Source: Epiperipatus broadwayi
Taxonomy: Eukaryota > Animalia > Onychophora
Assembly (NCBI GenBank): GCA_028023455.1
Contig: JAQFVV010000006.1
Location: 13,206,001 to 13,270,000 of the forward strand
Direction: 5' to 3'
Length of the DNA stretch: 64,000 nucleotides
Shown: piece after piece, positions 1 through 13,149 of the stretch
Layout: every line of letters starts with the position of its first letter
Numbering within the stretch: the first letter of the stretch is position 1
Position numbers and translations under genes: made by a program
The notes under the pieces: model-generated
Told to the model about the DNA's origin: nothing
The model's input: the letters and a program-made list of their open reading frames with translations, nothing else
Database searches by the model: none

Positions 1-450
1 TTACTCTATGCCCTAAATTCATTACTATCTCTGCTGCTCATCCATCCAAACCTCTTGCCTTTTCACTTTTCAATTTCTTTTTTGCCTCATTCAGTTCATT
101 TTCTGTAAACCTAATATTCCCATTACTATATGCTTTCATGTTTTATGTCACTCTTTCATTCACATCTAACATCTTTTCTATATCCATTACATACCTTATT
201 TAAGATTATCTCTATTCCCTCATTATCTATTAATACAATTTCTCTCTCTCCTACATTCCTTCTTATGATGTATTTCCAAAAAAATTTTACTTCCATCTCT
301 AGTCTTCATTAATATCCTCCAACAATTTACTATTCAATTTCATTGTCTCTCTATAATTATTTATTTTAATCAACTTCTTTTTTTCTAAGTACTTTTCCCA
401 TTTAACATTAACATCTTCATTTTTTTTTTGTTCTTAATAATGCACTTATA
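1..450 (-). mobile_element. Decayed LINE fragment (region just N-terminal of RT)
   Basis: Minus strand reads ...IRFTENELNEAKKKLK / EKARGLDG-AAEIV, resembling the 'EV..AI..LK.GKA.G.D.I..E' motif; many stops. Confidence 0.45.
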
Positions 451-589
451 TTTTGCTGTTTCAACATTAATGAACTGTGCTTCTCCCCACCAAAATTTAG
501 TTTAATAATCGATTACTGCAGTTTTTGACTATTTAAAAATGTATGAAAAGTATAATATGTGGCTCTTATTACTGTAAAACTTGGCCACT

Positions 590-900
590 TCTGCTACAAA
601 GATCTACTTCTGTAAAATCACATCTTCAGTGGATTGGACATGGGAAGCAAATGAAGGGAAATAGTCGTCCTATAAAAAAGTATTTTATTCTGAACTTGAG
701 CATGACTTCATGGGAGAAACAGATCGTGTTGCATTTATAAATATTATCATGAAGACAGTCTAAAGAATTGACTGCATTGATTGCTTTCACGATGAAGATA
801 TATGGCCAAAGATGAGTAAGACGAAAGACTATGATTAGGAAAGGTGAAGTTTTTCAGAAAGGAGTGAAAGTTGCTAAAGAAGTTATCAAATAAATAGTAT
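590..900 (+). mobile_element. Decayed RTE/BovB-like LINE 3' coding remnant
   Basis: LQWIGHGKQMKGNSRPIKK / YFYSELEH resembles the RTE C-terminal 'L.W.GHV.RM...R.PK..FY.EL'. Confidence 0.5.
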
Positions 901-1248
901 ATTGGATTCATATGTTCTATGTGTTAATGTATTTATGGATCAGGAATTGGTTTATATAGTCATTGCAAATATGATCTCCGGCATATTATTATTTTGCTTG
1001 CAAGGCCCATGTTCAATCATGGATCACATGGACCATTTTTCACTTTGACCCCAGATATCATTCAAATAATTCATTACTACTACCAATATATGTGTAATAG
1101 TAGCTTCAGATATACTTACCGAGATATCCTTTTGACTTCACTCCAGTAGTCTTCCTGATTATAAAGAATGGCCCATATCTGTTTATGGATGGTCATCATT
1201 GTGATGATGATGAATTTTAAATAAAAAATGAAATAGAAAACGTCTTTA

Positions 1249-3043
1249 TAAGGTGGACTGGAAAGTAGTCAATTATTTTCTAATGTTAATTTTTCACCAA
1301 TTGTTTTAATTTAAATAAAACATAAATTATTAAATTTGATTTTTATTTAAATAATAGAATTACTTTTTTTAATTCAAAAAATCTGCTTTTTAAAATTTTT
1401 TTACTTAATATGGCAGACTTTTACGTTGAAGAGCAGCATTTGTATCATTATATGGTGTTCTTATTTCACAAAAAAAAAAAAAGAATGCTACCATGGCTAC
1501 CAAAATCATTTGCTCAACTTATGGAGACATATTGAAGGTCAACAAATGTGAGAAATGGTTTAGAAGATTTGCAGAAAAGAATTTGATCTCTTTGATTGTC
1601 CTTGATCTGGAAGACCTCTTACTCTCGATAATGATGTTCTTAAGATCATTGTCGAATGAGATTTAAAACAAACCATACAAGAATTAGCAGAGAAAGTTAA
1701 TTCATCATGGACAACTGTCCAAGAATGCTTACATAAGATTGGCAAGGTTCTTAAACAGGGTGTATGGATACCAAGTGAGCTATCACACAACAAAGCACAG
1801 AAATGGGGATTTGCAATTCATTGTTGACCAGACAACATAATGACCTCTTTTTGGAACAAGTTGTGACTGATCATGAAAAATGGATATTCTATAAGAAATT
1901 AAATACAAAAGCAGTGGGTTTCTCCAAATCAAACTCCAATTCCAACACCTGAAGATGGACTTCATCCATAAAAAAATTCTGTTGTGTGTTTGTTTGGGAT
2001 ATTCGTGGAATTATTCATTATTAACTCATGGAACAGAATAAGACTATCCTAACAGCCATCTAGTGTGAACAATTAGAGTGACTACATCATGCATTGTTAA
2101 TCAAATTTGTCAATCGAAAAGAGGTAATATTGCAGCAAGATAATGCAAACCCATATTCTGCAAGAATGATTCAAGAAAAAAATAGGCAGTTAGGATGGGC
2201 ACTTCTACCATATCCTCCATATTTTTCAGATATTGCCCCTAGTGGCTATCACTTATTCAACCCCTTAGAACACAGCATAAAAATGAAATCTGTTGCGCAA
2301 GATGATGTACAAAAGAATTTAATACCATTATTAGCCTTCAAAGAAAAAACTTTTTCCGTAAAAGGAATTAAGCAAATATTTTATCTAGCGCCGTGCTTGC
2401 AATTATATTTCATTCCAATATCAACTTTTCAAGCTAATTGAGCATGCGCCTTTGAGAGTGCTAAATAAATGAATACTCTCTTCTTCAATCCGAGATATAG
2501 CATTTATGCAGGAATAAAAAGAATCCCTCTTATTCCTACGACTCAAATTCTTTTATATGGGCAAATCTGAAGAACTTCTGAAGAGAGCGTGAGTATATTC
2601 TCACTTTAAATTACTATTTACGATGTTATTTGGCTGAAATGACGTAGGTGTAATTACTTAGAATTTACTAGACGTCATTCTTACTGAAACTTAATTACGA
2701 GTATATTCACGCTCTCTTCAGAAGTTCTTCAGATTTGCTCATATAAAAGAATTTGAGTAGTAGGAATAAGAGGGATTCTTTTTATTCCTGCATAAATGCT
2801 ATATCTCGGATTGAAGAAGAGAGTATTCATTTATTTAACACTCTCAAAGGCGCGTGCTCAATTAGCTTGAAAGGCTGATATTGGAATGAAACGTAAAAGG
2901 AATTCTAAATGTAGTAGATCGTTGGAATAAGATTATAATTAACGATGGTGAAGATATAATTGATTAATATTAATTTTTTCTTTAATAAAATTTATATTAA
3001 AAATATAGTTTTAAAAAATTGACTATTTTCCTGTCCCCTTTAC
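1249..3043 (+). mobile_element. Mariner (Tc1/mariner) transposon remnant with frameshifted transposase, interrupted at 2370-2891
   Basis: Motifs WIPSELS (WVPHEL), VTDHEKWI (TGDEKW), LQQDNANPY (HDNA), PPYFSDIAPSGYHLF (YSPDLAPSDY); C-terminus GILNVVDRWNKII after the insertion; imperfect TIRs AAGGTGGACTGGAAAGTAGTCAATT (~1249) versus the complement of ~3018-3043. Confidence 0.9.
2370..2891. mobile_element. 522-bp fold-back insertion (about 195-bp inverted arms, ~95-bp spacer) with 13-bp TSD; probable PLE 3' end with inversion
   Basis: Arms ~2408-2602 and ~2697-2891; direct repeat CGTAAAAGGAATT at 2357-2369 and 2892-2904; removing it restores mariner FSVKGILNVVDRW. Confidence 0.85.
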
Positions 3044-3200
3044 ATTTTAATATTGACTGAAATGTCCTTGTTTTGAAAAGCTTTGAGACTGTTTTATCTA
3101 TACAAAATTTTTAAATAAAGTTGTATGTAAAAATAAAATATTATTAAATTCATATCATTTTAACTATACACATTTGTCTTTTATATTTATTTTTTTTCAT

Positions 3201-3294
3201 ATGTCATAGCATCGGCCGGGAGGCGATCCCACAACCGTCTGCAACCAACTACTTGCTTGCAATGCGGCTGCGCTGACCTCTCGGCTAACAACGC
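3201..3294 (-). mobile_element. Short tRNA-derived SINE (same family as 23152-23266)
   Basis: Minus strand GCGTTGTTAGCCGAGAGGTCAGC...GGGATCGCCTCCCGGCCGATGCTATGACAT: A/B-box-like motifs and the same ATGCTATGACAT tail as the 23152 copy. Confidence 0.7.
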
Positions 3295-4144
3295 TTGACC
3301 GTCTTTTAGATTTTTAAAAGATAAAAAACAGGAGTCTACGATGTAATAGGATATCTAATAACTTGTTTTTCTAATCTAAAAGTTGTGACAATTTCATACT
3401 GAGCTTAGCCAGAATTAACTTCTTTTTGCTGCTTACAGCTTCGATTTACTTCGATATCTTTAAAATGGTTTTAATTTTCTATCATAAAATAAAATTCTCC
3501 AGAAACCCAAGTGTCCTAAAAGATATCCTCATCAAATCTTTAAGATAAACCGTATAATCAAAACCACAATTGAAATAGAATACAGCGAGGGTTTAACCGT
3601 CAAAACTCCTTATCAACTCCTTCCATCACGATGTTGTTGGCTTAACCATTAGAAAATAAGGACATCTTTATTATATTAACAACTTGTTTAAACCTAAGTT
3701 ACTGCTCAAATGAACGCACTTGATGGAATTAGAAATATGAAAGAAGTTTTGGAATCGGCGCGATGGCGGAAAATAATTGATAGCCTTCAGATCTCTAATC
3801 ACAGTTTTATTTTTTCATTTGAATATTTTAAACTTAATTCTTATTAACATTTTTTAAAAATATCTAACAGTAAAAATAGTATTAAAACACATACAATCTT
3901 TTATTTACTCATTAAACAATAAAATTGTGCACATTTATTTAAACAATTATTTACACTCGTCCTCAATTAAGGACGCATGTTTACAAAGTGTGAAAATATT
4001 GTTTAATTAAACGAATTAAATTGATAATAGCTTTTATTTTTAATGTCACTCTAAATAAGCTCATGTATATATTAAAATGTACTTAAATATGCATTTTTGT
4101 GACGTAACTTACTGCTTTGAAATAATTTCTTTAAGAAGAGTTAA

Positions 4145-4945
4145 TTAGGGGGGATTTGAACACACATTTTCAAGCGCCCTTCAATTATCGCTCCATTTTA
4201 TATAATCGATACACATGACCACATACATGTGAAAAAGATAAATGATCTCCAATATACGTATTTCTTGCTTAACCAGCACTATCAGTTGGTCCAGATCATC
4301 ATCTCCCACATGTATATACAATCAGTGCTCAGTTTATATTGATATAGCAAATCTTCAAATTCTAATAGACATGCTTCAATCTTCTCCATCCTCCAACTCT
4401 TCAACCATTCATATTATTGAAAAATGTGATGATGTAATGCTGAAAGCCCTTGATGATGCCAATATTATTGTCATACCCATGTTGGCCTTAAATCAACCTG
4501 ACTCCTCAGATATTAGGACCTTAATATTTCCATTTAATTATATAGATGAGGGATGGGCAAAATACAGGATGAATATGTAATATTTAAATACATGTATATT
4601 TTCTATACTAAACTTAATGTAATTATAAAGGACTTAAACTCAGACTTTCAAACTCCCTTTAGCTATCCAATCCATCTTATACAACAATACACATGACCAC
4701 ATACATATGAAAAAGATAAATAATCTCCAATACACATATTTAATGCTGAATCAGCCCTCTTCAGTTGGTCCAGATCATTATCTCCCACACATACATATAA
4801 TCAGTGCTCACTTTGTATTAAGATAGCAAATCTTCAAACTTTAATAGACAGGGTTCAATCTTCTCCACCCTCCAACTCTTCAGCCATCCATATTATTGAA
4901 AATCTGATGATGGAATAAAAGCCCTTGTTGATGCCAATATTGTTA
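4145..4945 (-). mobile_element. Family A1 HHR-containing tandem repeat (retrozyme-like), ~478-bp unit, about 1.7 copies
   Basis: CATGACCACATACAT at 4214 and 4692; decayed HHRs at 4242-4299 (CTGAT-A...GAAATACGTATA) and 4721-4778 (CTGAAGA...TAAA). Confidence 0.85.
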
Positions 4946-5289
4946 AAAGAAGTCAATGATTAATCCAACCAGGCCACAACTTGATGTTTGAATTTGGACC
5001 TGATGAAATGTGGACATTTTTTCAGGTCACAAGGTAGTTTACATTTTTTTGTCTTTTTTTTTTAGGTAATCCTCCCATAGCCAACCTATTTAACTGTTCT
5101 ATATTATTTTAACTAACATCAACAACTGTATCACATGATTTGTCCAAGAGCAGTTCATTTCATGCTATTCTAGAACTAGTACTATTTAGATCAATTCTAG
5201 GTCTGTGACTTCCTGCACAGTTATAAGTCAATCAAATCCAAAATAGTTGGAGAATTAAATTGGATTGAACTCTTCCTTTAAACCCTATC

Positions 5290-6030
5290 ATACTGATATA
5301 AAAAAATAAACTTGCCACCAGGAATATCATCTCCAAGCTTGCAGCTGCCACATGGGATTCTAATGCTGACATCCTTAGAGCTTCTGGTCTAGCAGTTATT
5401 TACTCTGTAGATGAGTACTGCTCTCTAGTGTAGTGCAGAAGTATGCATACTAATTTTGTGGATACTCAGATCAATGAAACCTTGCATATTATTTCTGGCA
5501 TTCATAAATCAACACTAATAGAATAGTTATCTGTAATCTCAAATATTCCTTCAGCTAACCTTAGATGCAGGTTGGCAATTATCAAACAGTTCATCAAACT
5601 ATCAAATCAATCAATATCCAAACAGTCTCCCAAACCTCAGGTTAAAATCAAGGCAGCAAACAGTTCATCAAACTATCAAATCAATCAATATCCAAACAGT
5701 CTCCCAAACCTCAGGCTAAAATCAAGGCAGCCTTTCTGGTTTACTGGTAATTCTCAGCAGTCACTCACATTAGATATTAACAGCATGTGGAATTATGACT
5801 GGAATACTTCAATATAAGTAATCACACTCTAATATCTGATCCTACTCTCCGAGTTTCTCTCTTCCAAGAAAACTCTGTCAATGATTAACAGAATCAGAAC
5901 AGGCCAGGGTAGATGTCACCATATGTTGCACAAGCAGGAATTTATATTCTCCCAATTGTAAATGCAGAAAATGACAAACTATAGTTCATATTTACAATAA
6001 GCATCCAATTTACCAGTACCCTGTTGGCCT
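5290..6030 (+). mobile_element. Vingi/Ingi-like LINE 3' remnant (RT thumb to C-terminal zinc-knuckle region)
   Basis: TRNIISKLAAATWDSNADILRASGLAVIYSVDEYC..VDTQINETLHIISG and MINRIRTGQGRCHHMLHK match my recollection of Vingi-type C-terminal motifs; stops present. Confidence 0.7.
5583..5731. repeat. 74-bp direct tandem duplication
   Basis: CAAACAGTTCATCAAAC...AAAATCAAGGCAG starts at 5583 and 5657, near identical. Confidence 0.95.
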
Positions 6031-6224
6031 CTTTGCTCTTCATGACTTGAAGGAGTCAGCTCTTGATTGGTTAAGAACTGTTAGTGTTGAATTTTAATGT
6101 GCTGACACCACATGGTAAAAATAAATATGAACTTACATACAATGAAGCCATTCAATTACTTAACTTTTTTAGAGTAACTGTAAGCTTGTAATTATGATAG
6201 TTTCAAACTACTGTTAAGATTATT

Positions 6225-6545
6225 GCTCTTGGAAGGTTATAAGTAAGCAGATGAGAAAATCACATGATACTATGATTGATATTAACTTTTCTAACCAAAA
6301 GATAGACAAGACCTTCAATTGACATAGAACTGAGGATTCTATAATATATGGAAAGTGATCTGGTCTCAGATATGTATGATAATACAAGTGAATTGGATAG
6401 TTTGAACCTTTAGGATATTTTTTAATTTTAAACCATCATCTTAAATAATATAAAGAAATAAAAGATGGCTGCTACAAGCATCACTGAATCATATTCCTCA
6501 CTGATGAAGGCAAAATCAGAGAAAGTGAAATAAGAATATCTGACC
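6225..6545 (+). mobile_element. Strongly decayed family B copy
   Basis: AAAGAAATAAAAGATGGCTGCT and CCTCACTGATGAAGGC match the family B copy at 35110-35202. Confidence 0.5.
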
Positions 6546-6635
6546 AATGCAGAAGATGACACATGACTGGGTCAAGACAATGACCCTTGAGTTCCTAGTT
6601 ATTATTAGTTAAACATATGCAATTTTTTGTCATTA

Positions 6636-7177
6636 TACTATAATGTTTAATATGCCTGCTTAGCACTTTCGAGATTTAGTATTCTAATCTCATACTCATA
6701 GCTTTACTGAATGAAGACTGTTGTAATTTATTGTACACATATGCAAATGTGCTTGAATTTTTAATTAGTTAGTCTATTGTTTGGAGAGAGCAAAGCATGC
6801 CTCTCTTCTATTAATGGCACTGAGATCATTTGCTATGTAAAAGGCTGATTTGACCTTTCTTTTGGCATCACTCTTCTCTTCAGTAATTATTTGGGCAGAA
6901 CTGGGTTCGAATACATGGCCTGTAGCTGCTTGGTGGTCCCAGAAGATTGATATTCCTTCATTTTTATTTTTAATCCTGATGTACGCATACCTGTGCCATT
7001 AATAGAAGAGAGGCATGCTTTGCTCTCTCCAAACAATGGACTAACTAATTAAAAATTCAAGTGCATTTGCATATGTGTACAATAAATTACAACAGTCTTC
7101 ATTCAGTAAAGCTATGAGGATGAGATTGGAATAATAAATCTCGAAAGCGCTAAGCAGACATATTAAACATTATAGTA
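6636..7177 (-). mobile_element. Penelope-like element 3' end (GIY-YIG C-terminus plus HHR-bearing tail) with inverted duplicate of the tail
   Basis: Minus-strand frame EGISIFWDHQAATGHVFEPSSAQIITEEKSDAKRKVKSAFYIANDLSAINRREACFALSKQ resembles the PLE 'H..TGH.F....A.I...E....RK.KE..YI.....INR..G..LS..W'; inverted arms 6636-6820 and 6993-7177. Confidence 0.85.
6658..6703 (-). ncRNA. Non-canonical type-I hammerhead (A3:U8 core)
   Basis: GCT-ATGAGTA-T-GAGATT(AGAATACTA)AATCTC-GAAA-GTGC-TA-AGC; inverted copy at 7111-7155 (+) has ATGAGGA and GAAAGCGCTA. Confidence 0.7.
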
Positions 7178-7782
7178 CAATTACAGCTTCACTAACGCAT
7201 GCGAAAGCATATGTATAATTACAATTTTTATTGGTGAAGAGAAAAACAATTTATTATTAGTTAAAATGTACTGGCCCCAATTTAATCTAAATTGGTTAGA
7301 TAAGCTATAGTGCAATAACTATAAAACAAATATTATATCTGTAATATATTTTACTTGTTTCTTAATCTCTTTTGGATATTTTTAGTTGGGTCAAATTACT
7401 TTCATATGGTTTTAATAAATTTTATCTAGAAATTTTAATAATAATTTACAATAGATGGCTCTGGTATCAGGTAAAGAAAGCTGTTCCTGAAAATTTATAT
7501 TAAAAGTAGGCAAAAGAAAGTCGCATGATATCTATTGATGTAAAATAAATCTTATAGATCATTTTGAATTATTATATACTACTAACTTGAAAGATAGAGA
7601 TATTTTTCAGCTGAAAACTTAATATTTTTTTGGGAATGAATTTTTCTATTATTTTTTGTGGCAGTGGTTTAGTATTTGCACTTTGGTGGGTGCTTCCTAC
7701 CATTAAAATTAATCTGCCTGATAAATATTTGTAACCATTGAAATCTTTCGAGTTTGCAATGCACTTTACAAAACTTATTTGG

Positions 7783-7976
7783 AAGTTGTTTTAATATGCA
7801 TATTGTGTGTAATTATTATTATTATTTATAAGAGTACTTAAATATTAAATGTGTAACAAGAAAAGATACTTTACTTCCAAAGTTGTTTTAATATGCATAT
7901 TGTGTGTAATTATTATTATTATTTATAAGAGTACTTAAATATTAAATGTGTAACAAGAAAAGATACTTTACTTCCA
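7783..7976. repeat. 97-bp perfect tandem duplication
   Basis: AAGTTGTTTTAATATGC...TACTTCC starts at 7783 and 7880. Confidence 0.95.
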
Positions 7977-8465
7977 ATTATATATTACATGTTGAGCATG
8001 CTTTCAACATTATTTGTCAGATTCAAAGTGTTTAACTATCCCGCAGACCACAATTCGGGCTTTTATAAATTTGCATATTATTCATTCGAATGAACTCATT
8101 TAAATATTTCACTTTTTGATAATAGAATGCTTGCTTCTTTTTTATTTATCAGGTAGGTGTCTTTGGCAACAGCTCATATCTCTTTCACTTCCTGTCATTT
8201 CTCTTGAAATAAACTGCTTTTACTTTGGTCAGATCAAACATATGACACGTTTCACACTCATGTTCAATAAATATTGAGTTATATTGAGAGTTCTTTTTCC
8301 TCTGCTTTAATTGTAGACTGCAGAATAGTTGATTGCTATAAATCTGATAGAGGTCAAAAGCAAGCTCACAGTTGGAAATAAAGTACCTCTTCCTGTTACA
8401 CGTTTAATATGTAGTCTTAAATATTACAATCAGCCCAAGAAAAGTGAAATTAAAGGTTGTTGTTC

Positions 8466-8700
<235 letters not shown>

Positions 8701-8984
8701 CTACCATTCCTACTATTACCTACTAAAAACTCAATATCAACTTCTGATAGTCAAATAAATGTCATTCTGCCTATTTGTAAAATTTTGGATATAATATACA
8801 TAACAATATTGGGCAAAAAGTAAAAAGACACATGATATTGACAAATAATCTCATAAGTAATTCCATGTGATAATCTATAATGCTTGAAAATCACTCACTA
8901 ACCTTATCATTAAAAAAAAATAAATGAAAAAACCAGAAGGATCCTCATATGTATTCATAATAAACTTCTACTCCCTATTGCCTT

Positions 8985-9070
8985 TGGCAGGATAGTTCTG
9001 CTGGTTAGAACATTACCTTCATTCATGAATTTAAAGATTGCTGGTTTGAATCTCACTGATGGAGCGATCA
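8985..9070 (+). mobile_element. Decayed tRNA-like SINE head
   Basis: TGGTTAGAACAT (A-box-like) and GGTTTGAATCTCA (B-box-like). Confidence 0.35.
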
Positions 9071-9220
9071 CTGGTCAAGCAAACAATACCTGAAGAATAT
9101 AGCTCAAGAGTTCATAAGAATGTTGTGTTTCATACCAAATCTGTATTAAACCATTAAACACCCATAAGACCTTAGCCTATTGTTGTTCTTTAAAAAATTT
9201 ATTTACTCTTACTATATTTA

Positions 9221-9233
9221 CGCCATCTGGTGG
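9221..9233 (-). promoter_or_regulatory. CTCF-like motif
   Basis: Minus strand CCACCAGATGGCG matches the metazoan CTCF core; single motif only. Confidence 0.3.
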
Positions 9234-9879
9234 AAACTTTAGTAATCAATAGATGTCATGTGGTAGTTCTAAATACAATGTAGTGAGAATAGAACTGTTT
9301 GTGTTACTATAGCAGCTAAATGTAAAAGGAATATACATAAAAATTTGATTTAAAAAAAAAAGCAATTTTAAATAGGTGATATAAATGTTCCAAAATATAG
9401 CTATTAGTAAAATGATATCGTAAACTCAGGTAAACATAATATAGGTAAACCATCTTTGATCCAAAATTTCCCTACTGCATAACTTTTTTAGATTTATAAG
9501 ATTTTAAGAATAGATATTTTACTCGTTTATTGTAAACAAATACTCGGTAAGATAGAAAAAAGCAGAAGCGTATTGTAATTAGTCTTATTAATTTATTGTA
9601 AAAGGTCAAAGGTCATTTCTGAAAGTTTATTTGGATAAGGAAAGTTTTTGAATAATAGGGTATTTGGTTTAATCCATATTATACCTATATATAATTGCAA
9701 GTTTTGTGTTTCTATCGATGCGTCGTTCATCTTTAGCTCCATCCTGTCACAACCAACCATCAGATCAGAAATCAGACCAACCTCTCTAGTAGTCCATATA
9801 GCACACATTACAAACCTTGTATACACATTATTTTTAGATGTAACTTCATATGATATGTATTTCAAATATATTTTAAACT

Positions 9880-10110
9880 TCTCTTCCATCATACATGTCT
9901 GAAACATATGATCAAAGCCATGTGAAAAAATATACATGACCCCCAAGATGCACATTATGTGCTGAACTAGTACTCATCAGTTGGTCCAAATCGCAATCTC
10001 TTGCACATATCTTTATCATTTATTCAAGATATATATATATATATAGCAAATTACTATAGTTTAATCTACAGATTTCAAATTTTTTGCCTTACAACTTTGA
10101 TACAAACCAC
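9880..10110 (-). mobile_element. Family A2 fragment with decayed HHR
   Basis: 9943-9984 minus: CCAA-CTGATGA-GTACTAGTTCAGCAC-ATAA-TGTGCAT-C-TTGG. Confidence 0.75.
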
Positions 10111-10317
10111 TTTATGGATATAGTTTGAGTAATAGTTTGAGCAAAAAAATAAAAATGTGATGAATTAATTAAACAAATGAAATATAATCCCAAATGAAAC
10201 AATTTATCAAAGAACTCTGAACATTAACTGAAATGATATCGTGAATAGAAATTTCATCCATAGGAAGTATAAGTGAAGCATATTTTTATGACTTAACATC
10301 TTTTTAAATAAAGACAA

Positions 10318-10895
10318 TTAAAGGGGATTTGAACACTGCTATCCTAATCATCTTACATAATCAATACGCATGGCCACACACACTAATAAAATAAATGATC
10401 TCCAATATACATATTTAATGCTGGACCAGCACTCATCAGTTGGCCCAGATCATCATCTTTCATACATATATATAATCAGTGTTCAGTTTATGTTAATATA
10501 GCAAATCTTCAAAGTTTAATGGACAGACATTGATCCTCTCCACCCTCCAACTCTTCATCCACCCATACCACTGAAAATCTGATGGTGGAATACTCAAACC
10601 CTTATTGGTGCCAATATTGTTGCCTTATCCATGTTGACCTTAGTTCAACTGATGAGTGCTGGTTCAGCACAAAATACATATACAGGAGATCATTTATCTT
10701 ATTCACGTGTATGTGGTCATGTGTATCGGTTGTATGAGATAGAGTGGATGACTGAAGGGAGATTGAAAGTCTGTGTTCAAATTCCCTTTAATCACACCTT
10801 AAAGTTCAGTATTTACATTATACTAGTATTGATTTATTATAGATTCAACCTGAATTCTGTCCATCCCTCAGTATTTAAATGAACATATTAAGGTC
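10318..10895. mobile_element. Family A1 unit plus inverted partial copy (two opposed HHRs)
   Basis: HHR-like motifs at 10395-10453 (-) and ~10645-10695 (+); the right arm continues to ~10895 and matches the complement of 4516-4630. Confidence 0.85.
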
Positions 10896-11698
10896 ATATA
10901 TATGAGGGGTCAAAGTGACTTAAGGTCATATATATGAGGGGTCAGAGTGACTTAAAAGTTAACATGAGGAGGACAACAATGTTGGGTGTCATCAACAACT
11001 CTTTGTTCTTTATGTGATGCATAGGTTGGTTATTAGACTATGTGATAATCTGTAGATGGCATATGATGTAAGAAATGTGAGATTTACATTTTTGATTAGT
11101 GCTGCAGCATTGCTTGTCTTGGCTGTGAAGATGAGAGAATCTCATGCTCGGGTGACTCAGGCCAGAGAGTTCTACTATGGTTTAAACTTCAAATCGGAGT
11201 TGCTGTGTCACTCATCTCTGCCATCTGGATGGCAGGGTCTGGTGCTTGGAATGTCTCACAAGCCTGGGTTTTGGAGGGAATCTGGGTGCTGTGGGGATTA
11301 GTAAGGGCATTGGATGAGAGAGTCTGAGCTTTGGAAATACCCCAAGGCCTGGTTCCTAATCCTTAGCAGGGGGGCTGGGACATGGGTGATGTGGGGATTA
11401 GTACAGGTTTTCACTTTCTCATCTTCTGGATGGTGGAGATGTATGTGATTCGTGGTAGCTGTGATCTATCTAGTTGCCATTAAGGTCAGGGATTACTTAG
11501 TAAACTATGAGAAAAGCTATGAATGGCAAGATATATTCCTATACAATTCAAGGTCTTTCTGTTCACTCAGTAAATCAAGTTCTGCAGTGTAAATAATTGT
11601 TTGAATCTTGTATATCACTACATATAACATGTAAATTCAACGATTAATATTATGTTAATAAATCATATTTTAATAAAAAAACAAGGATTTCAACAATC

Positions 11699-11975
11699 CA
11701 TCATCAGATTTTCAATGATGTGGAGGGCTGAAAAGTTGGAGAGTGAAGAAGATTGAAGTCTGTTCATTAATGTATGAAGATTTGCTATTTTAATATAAAC
11801 TGAACACTTATTATATATGTATGTGGGAGATTATCTGAACCAACTGATGAGTGCTGGTTCAGCATGAAATATGGATTTTGGAGATCATTTATCTTATTCA
11901 CAGGTGTGTGGTCATGTGCATTGGTTATATAAGATGGAGAGGGTAGCTGAAGAAAGCTTAAAAGTTCTGTGTTCA
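11699..11975 (+). mobile_element. Family A1 copy with near-intact HHR at 11830-11887
   Basis: CCAA-CTGATGA-GTGCTG(GTT)CAGCAT-GAAA-TATGGAT-T-TTGG, followed by TGGTCATGTG and GTTCAAATC boxes. Confidence 0.85.
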
Positions 11976-13149
11976 AATCTTAATTATCATAATATAAAAT
12001 TACTACCACCAAAAAAAAAAAAATCTAAAATTTTACTAGAAATTAATAAAAATAAAAAAATGATGTCTGAATTTCTGAGAAGGAAGAGTTTAAAATAATA
12101 AACGATCTTTTTTATTCGTCCTATGCTTGTTTGACAGTAATTGACTCGAGATACACAAAGTTCCTAAATCGCAGATGAACCAATCATTTCGGGTACTTCA
12201 ATATCATGACCTACTGATCAACTAACTATTTAATTATGTATATAAAGCCACATCAAGGTTTATGTTGTAGCACTAATATTGAAATACTTTTAATATTTTT
12301 TTTTTAAAAGCAAGCAAACATCAATTACCCCCAATAATGATCACGTGATCATTTGATTCAGTATTCATCGCTCCCCTTGTCATCTCGATTAACGTGAATT
12401 ATAAGGATAAATTATTTACTCATTAAAAGAAAGTAGCAATTTTATTAAAGATTCCCCATTTCCAATAAAACAATCTCTCTTTAAGTAGTTTAATTATTAT
12501 TTGGTTTCAAAAACAAGATTTTGATATTAAAAGTCTTTTGATACAAGTTTAACGTCTTTCATTCTAACTTTTATCCAATCAAATTCGGGATTGTTCAGAT
12601 ATTCCACGGTAATGAATTTAAAGTAATTCTCCATATCCTGCTCTCCAGCTTCATTTTATCTAAATTGTTTATGCTCTTAAAATAGAAATTATTATCACGA
12701 TACAGAATATTTATAACTTCTATAATGAAATTAAAAAATTCGGATAGTTTATATATCATATATATAATTTAATCACAAGAACATTTTATAGTAATGAGTT
12801 AAAATTCATTTTATTAAAATGCTATGCCGGAAGTTAAAGGATCCTCATATTACAGTTAATATAAGGAGATGGTTGATGGCATGATGGACTCTTGATGGCC
12901 GAATCCTACACTAACTTAAGTTACTGAAGAAAATACAGGAAGATAGAAAAGACTCTTTGGAAATAGTACCTAGCCCTTGACAACTAACATTGTATTCCTT
13001 AAGGAAGCGGAACATACTCTGTCAGACTCTGTTAATTTGTTCACACTTAATCTTCATATCTGAAGGTCATTTCACTGCCCCACCTCGGAGACAGATAAAA
13101 AAGTAAAATAATATAAGATTTAATTTCTCAATTCTGCTCAAAAGATGAT

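Noticed and set aside
1120-1178. Minus-strand exon candidate IWAILYNQEDYWSEVKRIS with GTAAGT donor
   Set aside because: No partner exons or recognisable protein; it is adjacent to a (GAT)n retro-tail and such signals arise by chance.
4995-5030. CTGATGA followed by a small stem
   Set aside because: No GAAA or stem III; simple hairpin. CTGATGA at ~59155 is antisense RT coding sequence.
6900-6916. B-box-like GGTTCGAATAC in the palindrome spacer
   Set aside because: It is the antisense of the PLE GIY-YIG frame (GHVFEP); no A-box.
10318-10791. Kolobok/T2-type MITE with TTAA TSD and AGGG termini
   Set aside because: The TTAA is part of the inverted repeat unit itself; homology to family A1 continues past 10791 to ~10895, so these are not element ends.
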